From positions 16,430,001 through 16,494,000 of the forward strand of contig JAQFVV010000006.1 of assembly GCA_028023455.1 (NCBI GenBank): DNA of 64,000 bases, given 5' to 3'. Shown here one piece after another: positions 39,054-50,899 of the stretch. How positions within the stretch are numbered: the stretch's first letter is position 1; each line of letters opens with the position of its first letter. The stretch comes from Epiperipatus broadwayi (taxonomy: Eukaryota > Animalia > Onychophora). The position numbers were made by a program, and so were the translations under genes. Under the pieces are notes generated by a model. That model saw only the letters and a program-made list of their open reading frames with translations. It did no database searches and was not told where the DNA came from.

Positions 39054-39199
39054 TGATGATGATTTAAATCCAAAAAATATTTTTGGATTTAGATACATGA
39101 AGTAATATTGAAGTTAGGGGGTTTACAATTAAATTAATTTTTGATTTTTAATTAACTATTTAAAATTTAAACATAATTTATTTACTTTATGAAAAAAAA

Positions 39200-40180
39200 A
39201 ACCCCTACAGAAATAAGTTGGATGCCATTCCTGATATTAGAATTGAACTGTCCACAATTAAGTCAAATTTTGATTAAGATGAGAACTCCTCCTAACTGTT
39301 ATGAAGAACTTAAATACTTTGTATTAGCCAGTTTTACATTTCAAGCCTTTTATAGTTTATTGGTACTTGTGAGTTTTCGAGTAAATCAAGATGGCATTCT
39401 GTATTTTTGATAAAGGTACAATTTTCAGAACCTATAATCTACCAAAGATGTGTTAGTGGTTAAATTAGAACAAATTTAATAAATCAATTGTTAAATTTAA
39501 AAAAAGAGATCATCATCATCATCATTATCAACCATTATCAATCCACTGCAGGATGAAGGTCTCTCCAAGTTTAATCCATCTTCTCCGATCTTCAGCTTCT
39601 CTTCTCCACATCACCCCTGCACACTTTCTTATTTCATCCATCCATCTCACATGTGGTCTCTTTCTGGGTCTTTTACAATCTCTTGGAATCCAGTTTAAAA
39701 TTTCAATTGTCCATCTATTATCATCTCTTCTAGCAATATGTCCAGCCCAATTCCACTTCAATCTTAACATTATCGTACTTTGTTTCATTCAGCTTGTTTC
39801 CTTTTGTCAGCAGTTTTTGGATATATTGTCATAATGATAAAAATTTGAGGCCCTCCTTTCGCAGATCGTGATGCAGACCCTATTTTCAAAGGTACGGGAC
39901 CCTGCCTTATCAAAAAGTGTGCATTAATAGTCACGATATTACACTCCACCGACACGAAAAAAATATAAATGTATTTATATATTTTTTTCATTTTTCTGTT
40001 AACAAGTTAATCCAAAAAAGAAAAAAAAAAATATCGTAGTTAATCTTTCCACAATTATTTCTTTTTTTAAAATAACAGCAATAAAAAATAAAATGTAATT
40101 ACTAAATACGATGTTTCCTAGCAGGAATTTTTTTTTGTAAACATTTTGCACCCCCCCCCTCGAAACTGTAAATTTGACAG
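39200..40180 (-). mobile_element. Non-coding DNA-transposon-like repeat, copy B, interrupted by an RTE 3' fragment
   Basis: 39200-39470 and 39800-40180 are reverse-collinear with 9860-10110 and 9350-9680. Confidence 0.7.
39509..39765 (-). mobile_element. 5'-truncated RTE 3' end
   Basis: RLKWNWAGHIARRDDNRW..FILQWIDNG on the minus strand; (ATC)n at the left end. Confidence 0.95.
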
Positions 40181-40659
40181 AGCTTAATATGTATTGCTAT
40201 ATATATATGCAATAAAAGTGTAAATTTTATTGAAATTATTAATATAAATGTTAATGATACTCTGATAATAGTAAATGTGTGTATGTGAAAGAAAAAAAAA
40301 TAATATAGCAAAACTTTTATTATTTTATTACGGAACTTAAACAAACAACAAATAAAATAAAATAAAGGAATGAGAGAAAGGTTTGTAAATGAAAAAAAAA
40401 AAGATAGATCTTCAAACGCACTTCTATCAGGTATTCTCAAATCAAGTCATCATTTATTATATCATTTGTACCTCATACCTATATGTGACAGCCAGTGAAG
40501 TGGAGTTTGATTCAGGGAATGAACTTTAGTTATTTAAAATTTTATATATCTATATTATTAGAGAGGGTTTGAACACAGATTTTCAAGTTCATTCAGTTAT
40601 TCACTCCATCCTATATTACCAATACACATGACCACATACATGTGAAGAAGATAAACGAT

Positions 40660-40703
40660 CCACAGTAAATGTATTTCATATTGAACCAACACTCATCATT
40701 TGG
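40660..40703 (-). ncRNA. Hammerhead motif (left arm, decayed)
   Basis: Minus strand CCAA-aTGATGA-GTGTTG-GTT-CAATAT-GAAA-TACATTT. Confidence 0.65.
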
Positions 40704-40823
40704 TCCAGATCATCATCTTTCACACACAAAAGCAGTACTCAGTGTGCTGACCCAGCACTCTTCAGTTGATCATGTAAACTGAGCGCTGATTATATATATG
40801 TGTGTGGGAGATGATAATCTGGA

Positions 40824-40865
40824 CCAACTGATGAGTGCTGGTTCAGAACAAAATACATATATTGG
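40824..40865 (+). ncRNA. Type I hammerhead motif (right arm)
   Basis: CCAA-CTGATGA-GTGCTG-GTT-CAGAAC-aAAA-TACATAT-A-TTGG; stem I CCAA/TTGG; G12 position mutated to A. Confidence 0.75.
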
Positions 40866-43624
40866 ATATCTTTTTCACATATATGTGGTCACGTAAGATG
40901 AGTTGATAGCTGAAGGGAGCTTGACAGTCTCTCTTCAAATCCTCTCAAATTACATCTAAAGTTCAATATATACATACATTATACTTGTAGTCAAACATTA
41001 TATCTATAGTATAGAATTCCATTTGCTAATATTTGATCTCGTCTTGCGATCTTCCACGTTTTTAAAATACATCTACACTTCTATACATTACTCTAAGTCT
41101 TCATTTACACCCACATCTATATGATACTCAAACCAAAACTCTTGCAAGATTGTTTTTGTACTTAGTATGATTTATTAAGATTGTCTTTTATGTCTTATTT
41201 TTTATTTGATAGATTTTGCATTATTTTTTTGCCCCTCAATTTTGATCTCATATTACACTTTATTATTATTATTTTAAAACAATTTATTATAAATAAGTTA
41301 CAAAAGATATTTATATCACAATCATTTATATATATATAATAATTTTTTTAAAGTTAAAATAATTTTTTATTGATTAGTAAAATAGAGTTTGAAAGTCATT
41401 TTTTAAAAAAAAAAATCCGCATCAAAATTTAAAACTGAAACTATCTGGCTTATGGCAGAAGTTACTACTGATATGTATATATGTGTGTGTGTGTGCATGA
41501 CATGCAGAAAAATATTTTTATATATTACTAAAATATTATAAAAAAAATATTTTTATATTTTGCAATTATATTCAAACATTTTGTGAAATAAAGAAAAATC
41601 AAATATTATTTAAAAACGTGGCTCCCCTCCCCTCAGTAAAATCAAATAAATATTTATTTTTTATTATCAAAATAAATTTGATTATCAATGAAATATTTAT
41701 TCCAGTTCATTAAATTTCAACATTTTTTTTTGCTTCACTCAGTTGTAGTAAAAGATGTTATCGTGTAGTAAAATATTTTATCTATCAAATCTGTGTAGGA
41801 GTGCATTATCGTGTATGTAATAACATACAATCAACCCTCATTATAATGACGGGATATAAAAGGCAATAATATATTTTGTTTTTGGCCACATTTAAAAATA
41901 ATTACAATTTTTTTTTTTAAAAAAGGTAAAAATGTAACTTCAGATATTGTAGTTTTAGCGCTGTTAAAACCTATAACACCTGTCACTAGCAAATATTTTA
42001 TAAAAAATATTAGTTTATGTAAGCGATAATTATTAATGGCAATAATTTTAATTTACAGGAAATCAAAAGTCTTGCCAATACTGTAACTAATTTATTACAA
42101 CTTTTTAAAATATAATTTTTAGTTAAGCAGTTGAAATATTTTTTTATTTTTAAAATAATTATATCATATAAATTATTGCAAACTAAAAATATTGATATAC
42201 ATATATATTTAAACTGCATCTAAATTATATCTGTCTATAAGAATAGCATTTTAAAATGATTATTTAAATCATTTTGCCATTGCTTAAAATTGATCTCAGT
42301 TATAGTAAATCTTCATTGTGAACTTATAATTTAGGACTGATAGTATACAGAGATTTATTTATTTCATAATATTGGAAAAGAGAAACAATTATATTTAAAA
42401 ATATTGCTCTCCTCCTCTCCTTTTTTTTTTACTATAGCAATTTTTTTTTAAATTTTAAATTGATGTTTATGTGATTAGTTATTATATATTTACAAATAGT
42501 TTTTATAACAATATAAAATATCATTTTTCGCTTTGTCTAAATTTATCTTTTCTTGCTAGGTGGATACGATAAGTAATCCATACATTTTTTTTTTTACTCT
42601 CATTAAATCCATTTGCTTGATAATAAACATCTTATTTCACAATAAATGCTGATTCTGTTTATAGTGATTTTAAATTAAAATTAATTTATAAATGTGTATC
42701 TTACAAAAAGTAATGACGACCAGCTTTTTCGAAGAAATTAGTTAAATTATTTTGTTTATATCAAAATTAGATTAAATGAAATGAATAAATAATACAGGAG
42801 TTAAATCACATTCAGTTTTGTGGATTTTAAAATTATTTCATGAGATTGCCTTTCTCCTAATACGAAAAGAAATGCATTAAATGTAATGTTTGTGTGTATG
42901 GCATGTGTATTCATGAAAATTTAATATTACATTTTAAAAACTCATTTAGTTCAACAAAGCTTAATGTAATCACATATTGGAAACATTTTAACTCCATTTC
43001 ATTATCACTTTTAGCTATTTCACAATAAACGCCTATCTAATTTTTTTTTTACAAAGAGCTGTTTTAAGTATTCCTTTTTCATAATGATCTAGCAAGACTC
43101 CTTATTTCATTCTCCCATGTCAAATTTATGTCTATCGATTCTGGTGAGGATTGATTATGTCAATAAATTGACATTTCTTTTTATGTGCCCAGTTTAAATT
43201 CTTTAATTTTCTCAGGATTGGTAATGGTTTGTGGGCTTGAATCTTTTCTTTCCTTAATTTTTTTGAAGTTTCCTATTGCCACTAATAATCTTTGTTCATT
43301 TTAGTTCAAAATTCATGTTTCACAACTATTAAACAACACAAAAGACATGTTTAAAAGCTTTTATTTTTAATTATAAAGATATATATAAGCATAACAGATG
43401 CATTTCAATCTATTTTAATTCTTTTATTTTATTTGCTTAATTTAAGTAACCATTTCTTTAACTTTCCTTTTATTAAGCATTATATATTTGTTATTTGTTT
43501 TCAATCCTCCCCCCTCACTTATATAAATGAAATTTTAAATTTTATGTCATTGATTGTTACATCATTTGCAAATTTGGAAGGAAATAGATTGCCACCATTT
43601 ATGTTAAGACCTGACATATCTTAT

Positions 43625-43690
43625 TAATAATTTTTATTAGTCATTCATTAGACTAGAGATTATCCATTTAATGAATACAGAAATATTGAC
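43625..43690 (+). repeat. Fragment of the CTAGAGATTATCC foldback repeat family
   Basis: TAATAATTTTTATTAGTCATTCATTAGACTAGAGATTATCCATTTAATGAATA, shared with 50900, 60377 and 61945. Confidence 0.7.
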
Positions 43691-44145
43691 ATGTCTTAAT
43701 TTATATGTTAAAAACTTTTAAGTTTCTGAAGGTAGGTTTAGAATATTAAAATACTTTAGTGTATACTTTCTAGAGCTGCTAAGAGCAGGGGATTTGTCCA
43801 AAATCATTCAGGGTTTAGAGCTAATTGATAAAGTTGACATAAAATTTGGGATAGATAATGGATAAATGATAAATATAAACATATAATATCAAATAATATA
43901 CTTTGGGATTAGTATTGCTTTCTGCCATATTGATTCTAATTTTGCGAATATATTTGAAAGTATTGGTTTAGATTTAGCAAACTATATATACTTTAAAAAT
44001 GGGATTTTGAGTTGATGTTAATTTAAAAAAGCAGTATTCTGAATATGATAAAAATAAAAGATTTAGATTTTAAATAAAACTAAACTTTGAAAATTGCTTT
44101 TGTTCCTAATTTTTTTTTATCCAAAAAAATCTTTTTATCCTATTG

Positions 44146-44261
44146 GTTGTTAGCCGAGAGGTCATCGCAGCCGTCTTGCAAGCAAGTAGTTGGTTGCAGA
44201 CAGTTGTGGGTTCACGTCCCGGCCGATGCTATGATATATGAGCAAAAAAAAAAAAAAAAAA
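44146..44261 (+). mobile_element. tRNA-derived SINE, family 2
   Basis: TTAGCCGAGAGGTCA..GGGTTCACGTCCCGGCCGATGCTATGA plus poly(A). Confidence 0.88.
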
Positions 44262-45376
44262 TTAAATTGAGTTCAAAAACTCATTTTCTAAATGTAAATT
44301 TTGTCTTCATAATAATTTGTAAAATTTTAGATGAACTTGATTGAATTCTAAAACTAATTTTTTAAATATAAAGTTTTTTAATCTTTAAAGAAAAATAGGA
44401 TAATGTAAAAGTGTTAGAATCAATGTGCCAGAAAGCAGTTCTAATCCCATATTACTCAAATAAGTATTTTTAAAAAACAGAATAAAATTAATGAATGTGA
44501 ATCTCATATTTTATTTCTTTTGTTAATGAATAGATTACATAACCAACTCCCAAGATGGTGAAATAAGTTTTAAGATACCAATTTTGTCTCCCATTCAACA
44601 GTGCCTGCCTTCATACAAGACTACTTATCTTTCAAGGCAAATTATCACATCATTGCTGTGACTTTACTGTTTATATATATATAAATCTAGACTTCAAAAA
44701 GATATACAGAATTTTTCTCTGAATTAATATAATCTGGAAGCATGGAGAAACGACTATAGCTGAAGTATTGCCATATCCTGTGTTGTAAGATAAATATATA
44801 TATTTTTTTGCATTCCAGAGCTGAAATTGAAAGATCATTCAGTAAACTTCCTCTTACAAAATGTTTTTTTTTTTTTTTTACCATCAATAATGCGAGAACA
44901 AGTACTTCGAAATCCATAATATGTGAAAAAGTAATCAAAGAACTTGCTAATACCAAATTTAGGACATGGATATTCAATAAATAAATCTTTAGATATTTAT
45001 AAAATAGCCCTTAAATTTATAATGTTCAATTTAATTGCATGCACTTGTCCTATGTTCATTTTGATTCTTGACATTTTTGTTAATATTCCTCACACCTTCA
45101 TAAATATTGTTTCATTTTTTGTAAAGTATTGTTTGATTCATTAATGATAGTTGTTAAGTGTTCTTTATAATTTTTTTAAAAATCTTATATGTATATATGT
45201 AATATATGATTAGCGTCAGTAATGGATTATTTATTTCTATACTTGTTTTAAAAAATATAATCATGGACTCGCCTTTTTTTCAGTAATTTTAAATAACTTT
45301 ATAAATGAAGCAGTATTTTTATTTTATTTATTTTTAAAACATAATTTTGTTTTGTACCCTCTGATTTTTTAAAACT

Positions 45377-45480
45377 TTTTTTTCTCATGTGTCATAGCAT
45401 CAGCCAGGAAGTGAACCCGCTAACCTGGGACAACTGCTTGTAAAGCGGCTGTCGCTGACCTCTCGACCACCAATGCTTGA
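45377..45480 (-). mobile_element. tRNA-derived SINE, family 1
   Basis: Reverse complement nearly matches the 11176 and 14005 copies. Confidence 0.9.
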
Positions 45481-45516
45481 ATTGCTGCTAATACATATAT
45501 ACATAATCAAATCACT

Positions 45517-46760
45517 GGTTGTAGAAATGAGTTTGTTGTTAACTGAAAAGAATCTTTTATTTCCTCTTTGAAACCTTAAAGGAACCCGGTAGAGCATATT
45601 CCTGATATCCACTCCATGCATTCTTCTTGCAGTTGTTATTGTTGCATATTTATTCATATGGTAAACATGGATGGGTTACTCACCAGCATGTATCGGCCAG
45701 CCTTTATTGGCTTTTTACTCTTAAGTTTAAGATCAAACAATACCATGGTCTTTCTTCTTTGAAGTATCAAAAGTATAAAACAATATTGGAGTAAAAATAA
45801 AAGATAGAACTGGATGGCATCATGGATTGTGCCGAAGAGTTCTACAAAGAATTGTATAAGAAAAATGAAAATAACCACTACATTTAATAAATCTTTTGAA
45901 TTCTCCAGTCTTTTAAACGAAGTGAGATATGTAATTAAATCTATGAAGAAGGGAAAAGCTCCAGCCAATGATGGGTTTATAATTAATATCTTAAAAGAAA
46001 CAGGTGAAGAAATTGAAAAATTAATGGTAAAACTATTTACTTAATTCTAAATGATAAAAATGTACCAGATGATTGGAAGAATGCAGTAGTAATATTGATG
46101 ATGATGACAAAGAAGGTGTTAAAAATTACAGATCCTATTACTTCCGTCATGTTTATAGAAAATCTTTACCAAGATAATTATAACACCTCTGCACAAATTG
46201 TGAATCCAAACCAACCAAAAAAACTCAACTGGTTTTAAAAATTTAGTAAAGTGGATCCCATCTGATTATTGAGAGTTGATGAATATGTGTTGACATTATG
46301 AAAAGACAGCGGATTGTGTAAGCAAATCTTCAGTAATTAAAGCTTTGGAATATCATAGTGTAAACCCAGAATATTGGCAATATTTTGAAAAATATCAAAA
46401 TACAACAGCTGTAATTAGATTGCACTGGGGTACTGAAAAGATTAACATTGTTAAGAATACATGACAAAATGGTTCCATATCTTCAAAATTTTTACTGTTG
46501 TTTTACAAAAAATAAAGGAATAAAAAATATATGGAGATTATCTAGATTTTGCAGATGATTATGGGTGTTTTTGCAAATACTAATTCATAGTTTCAAGAAA
46601 TGTAAGAGTTAAGAGTAAGAAAGGACTAAAGATAAAGTAAGTTCAATGAATAAAGATTGATTATCATGAATTAGAAGTTAGATTATTAAAACAAATGAAA
46701 ATTTAATGGATGAAATTAATCTTAGAATTGAACTTGGATGGAGTTCTTTTATTAGAAATA
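45517..46760 (+). mobile_element. Decayed, internally deleted RTE copy that keeps the 5' UTR
   Basis: 45517-45770 aligns to 35572-35830; the sequence then jumps to RT region ~37420-38580 (KKGKAPANDG; TTTTGCAGATGA). Confidence 0.88.
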
Positions 46761-47623
46761 ACATAATATAGACAATTCACTTTATTTTTATTTGACAAAA
46801 TGTTTGTTTGGATTGGGTTGGTAGTTATATATATATATGTCTTTCAATTCCTTTTTAAAAACATTAATGTGGAATTCATGATATTCTGCAATATTTATTA
46901 TGCAATTATTTTTCCACCATAAAATTATTATGTAATTATACAAGTGTTCAATCAACCCATTTTTTGAAGTAATATAATTTAGAATTAACAGTATTTGTTA
47001 ATGAATAATATTTGATTTAAACATTATCATAAATTATTACAAATTTGTCACATTATCCATGTTATTTCATACAATCAATATTGATAACAATATTGTAAAT
47101 AATTTTTTATAATTAAAAATATCTTTTACTGATAACAATTTTTTTTTTTTTTACTTAAAAAAAAGTATTTATGTTATTTTATCTATACATTCAAAAGTTT
47201 TCTGACCATATTTTATTATATTTACTTTGTTTAAATTTTTGAGATTTTCTTTGAAGTTATATATAGTCATGATAGTATATATATCATTGCATTATATTTA
47301 CATGCATACAAATGCGTTTTATAAATTAAAAAGCCAAAAGTTAAACTAGTTAATATAATAAACAAATTATACCAGTTTGATAATTAAGAAACTAGACTAA
47401 ATGAAATGGTTTCAGTATCAAGTCAGGCTACTCATATGTAAAGTAACCCAAACGCAAAGCAAAGATATAATTCTAAGACAGTATGGAATTTGCTTATACC
47501 GAATGTTTCTTATATATGTAAATAAAGGATTTTGAACTTCGGATTTTTCAGTTTATTCATCCTCCATTCTATCTTAAGCAACCAATACATGTGATCATAC
47601 ACTTGCGAAAAAGATACACGATC

Positions 47624-47667
47624 CCCAATATACATATTTTGTGCAGAACCAGCCCTCATCAGTTAGG
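47624..47667 (-). ncRNA. Type I hammerhead motif (left arm)
   Basis: Minus strand CCTAA-CTGATGA-GGGC-TGGTTCT-GCAC-aAAA-TATGTAT-A-TTGGG. Confidence 0.7.
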
Positions 47668-47755
47668 CCTGTCCATTAATATTTGACGAATTGCTACTTT
47701 AATATAAACGGAGCACTGATTGTATATATATATATGTTGGGGATTATGATTTGGC

Positions 47756-47797
47756 CCAACTGATGAGTGCTGGTTCTGTACGGAATATGTATATTGG
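47756..47797 (+). ncRNA. Type I hammerhead motif (right arm)
   Basis: CCAA-CTGATGA-GTGC-TGGTTCT-GTAC-GgAA-TATGTAT-A-TTGG. Confidence 0.75.
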
Positions 47798-48205
47798 AAT
47801 TATCATTTTCACATGTGTGTGACTATGTGTATCTGTTGTTTATGATAGAGTCAAGGATGAATAGGCTGAAAAATCCTGAATTCAAATTCCTCTATTTACA
47901 TATAAAACAAACATCTACTAACTTACTATCCCATAATTCTCTTTTACATTCCAATTACCTTTAATATCAAAATAATTTTTAAATAAGTTTAATAGCTTCA
48001 GAATCGTAAAATTTCAATAATAGAGATTCTTTAATTCTTCTTTTCAAAGACAATATTAACCCTCTCAAGCATTATCTCATGATTCGTATTTCTTTTATGG
48101 ATATATAATACAGAACTAATATTTATTTTTTATTCTGTTTTTTCAGAACTTTATTATATATGAGCATATATATAAATATCTTGGTTCTCTGCCATTGTTG
48201 TGCCA

Positions 48206-48573
48206 AAACATAGTTTATATATTCTTCAATAGAATTAATTGAGCTGAGTATATTTTCGTCTTTTGTGCACCATATTCATGGTTATTCTGTTGGGAATATC
48301 CATTTTTTGCTAATTTTAATACTGTTTAATCTTTGAGTATGATAGTTTTGATTCAAGTATTATTAGAATAATATGTGTGGAAAGAAGTGACAGGAAATGT
48401 AACATTAAGAAGATGTGGTTCATTGCATTAAATGAATACATAATGAACCAAGTACCGGATAGTATTCAAATTAGCAAAAAATGGTCTTCTCAACAGAATA
48501 AGCATCAATATGATGCACAAGCATCCAAAGTATACTCGGCTCAATTCTATTCAAGAATATATAAACTCAGTTT
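48206..48573. repeat. Imperfect inverted repeat, ~115-bp arms
   Basis: 48206-48323 vs 48461-48573 (e.g. CCATTTTTTGCTAATT / AATTAGCAAAAAATGG, TTTATATATTCTT / AAGAATATATAAA). Confidence 0.8.
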
Positions 48574-49429
48574 CGGTGCTTTATATGAGTACCCTGTCTA
48601 TGAAAGGCTTTGGTTTTTTTAATTAGTTGTTTTAACATTTTTTTAAAAAAGATTTAATGTAAATTAAACAAAAGATTTTAATGTTATATAAATGTGAGAA
48701 ATTCACAATTGAAAAATTGACCCCCCCCCCCGATTTGTTTGATATACTTCAAAAATATTCTCTCTCTATCTATTTGATACACTTCAGAAATATTCTCTCT
48801 CAGCAAAGTATTAATAGTTTATTAATAGTTTTGTGCACCTAGCCTTAAAACTAAAGTAATAAAGCTAAATTTAAATTTAAATATATGTTACATTTGATAT
48901 GTGAATTTGACAGTGTAACTTCCTTTGCATAAAATGCTCGTAATATAAATTAAGGTTTAGTTAGGTACAATTATTTATTTATAAAAACAAATTTAAAGTT
49001 TTTTTTTTTTTGATTTTTCACAACTACAGATGGTATAGACAAAAGAAATATATATATTTTTTAATTGGTTGGGAATTTGACATGTGTCAGCCTTGCAGTT
49101 AAATATATTCATAGGAAACATGTAACAAACTTACGGATAAACATTCACATGGATTATATATAGATATATGCTTGAATATTTACTTAGTTATGAGAAGATA
49201 CTCAATGAAAATGATACTGCATTACTCCACTAGATTGTTCTTAATAATCAAATGGCTTTATTACTCCAGAGTCAGAATTTGAGTGTTGGAAGTTCCACCA
49301 TTGGTATCGGTCAGAGGAACTTACGTACCAGATTCTGACATTCTATTACTGTACTAAATTATCCAGGGTTATCCGATTCATAAGTTGTATTTGACCACAA
49401 TTATATAAATGCTTTATTTTTTAATTACA

Positions 49430-50760
49430 TCGTCTATTGGGAGTCCTTAAATTTCAGTATTGCTTGGAAAGATCAAATCCAGCTAATTGTTTTGTTGGTC
49501 AGGAAAAATAAATTTGTTTGGAACTGCATAGGAGCACCCTTTCTGCACTTTATTTAGTTTGTTTGAAGATTTTCATGTTGAACTTTCTGAGAGAACATTA
49601 CTTGAAGCATGTATCTGATGATTCTTTAAAACAATTTCTTTTTATATGTATTTCAATGTAGTCAAGAGCAAATTTAAATTTATCAATATCTATCTACTGA
49701 TTTGGTCAAGTTAAGATTAGTGGAATATTTTTTTTTTTTTTAAAAAGACCATATAATTTTATTTTAATGATTCTCTTTTTGATTCCAAACATCTGATCCA
49801 TAACATTGAAAATCTTATTGACTATGACAGTATCATTCATAGAAATGTTTTTATCATATCTAAAACTTTATAGAAAGGATCAGAATTTTTGAGAGGATCT
49901 CGTAATGTTTTATTATATCTCAACCTTTTTTTTTTTTAATCACCAAGAAATATTACAAAATTATCAGAAATAGTTGGATATTTAATAGGTATATTTATTA
50001 AAAAGAATTTTTTCTTTAATCTGGAATAAATTGCGTTCAATATGATCTTTTAACAATTATTGATCCAAATTTATTTAATTTTTTTATAGATTATAAGGAT
50101 TTCTATTAATCAACTTTCCTTGGAATCTTGTTGGGATTAATTGCGTTTCAACTATGGTTTATGATTTCCAAGCGGAACAATATTTAATTGATACCTACAG
50201 AGAAATTGTCTGACAATATGAGATTATAGGCAACCTTAAATAGTAAACAAAAACATCAAAAAAGAAAAACCAGTTATAGATACTGTAGTGTATCCATTTT
50301 ACCAGGAATAAGAGATAAATAAAATTTGCAATCAGTATTACATAAGGACAGCTTTCTAAAGGCAAAGCACATTACAAATGTTCCTAACCTCTGCAAAACC
50401 TAAACTTGAAATATTGAAAAATAAAATTGGTATTTGCAAAATACCATGTAAATGTAGAAGGATATATTGGAGAAACCAGTCACCTCATTGAAAAGTGATT
50501 TTAAAAGCACAAACTGATTATTAGACAGGAAAAAATAGACATATATTAAATAGCAGACTATATATTTACCAATGAATATATGTTTGCTTTGGGAAAAGAC
50601 AAAAAGAAAAAAAAAATTAAAAAAGTTGCTCATTTGGCAATGGCCAATAACATAATTAACTTAGGGTGATAAATCATAATGTTTGGAAATCATATTTAAC
50701 AATTAATATTGGATCCAACATACAATTAAAATACTATCATTGCAAATATTCAGATAAACA
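49430..50760 (+). mobile_element. Decayed Penelope-like element (RT + GIY-YIG remnant)
   Basis: GGGAGTCC (GSP-like) at ~49440; GICKIPCKCRR / YIGET across a 1-nt shift at 50429-50477. Confidence 0.72.
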
Positions 50761-50762
50761 AT

Positions 50763-50846
50763 ATATCAGATGATGTTCCATTTTTTGAAAGAATGTTCCG
50801 TTCCATATCAGATGATGTTCCATTTTTTGAAAGAATGTTCCGTTCC
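50763..50846 (+). repeat. 42-bp perfect tandem duplication
   Basis: ATATCAGATGATGTTCCATTTTTTGAAAGAATGTTCCGTTCC at 50763 and 50805. Confidence 0.95.
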
Positions 50847-50899
50847 TCTTTGGCTTGGCTTTTTAAAGTATGTGCAAATTGAAAATTAGTCTAATATTT

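Larger units (their letters stand above)
35572..39061 (+). mobile_element. Full-length RTE-clade non-LTR retrotransposon
   Basis: 12-bp TSD ATTTAAATCCAA (35560-35571 / 39062-39073); structured 5' UTR; APE + RT coding region; (GAT)n tail directly after the stop codon. Confidence 0.97.
40546..40960. mobile_element. Palindromic element with divergent hammerhead motifs, copy 1
   Basis: Arms ~40546-40742 and 40779-40960 are inverted; each contains a hammerhead core. Confidence 0.8.
47512..47904. mobile_element. Palindromic element with divergent hammerhead motifs, copy 2
   Basis: Same outer ends (..AGGATTTTGAA) and arm sequence as 40546-40960; the left arm is shorter at its inner end. Confidence 0.8.

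Noticed and set aside
36306-39098. Minus-strand ORFs at 36306, 37074, 37264, 37497, 38637 and 38883
   Set aside because: They are antisense shadows of the RTE ORF with no independent motifs
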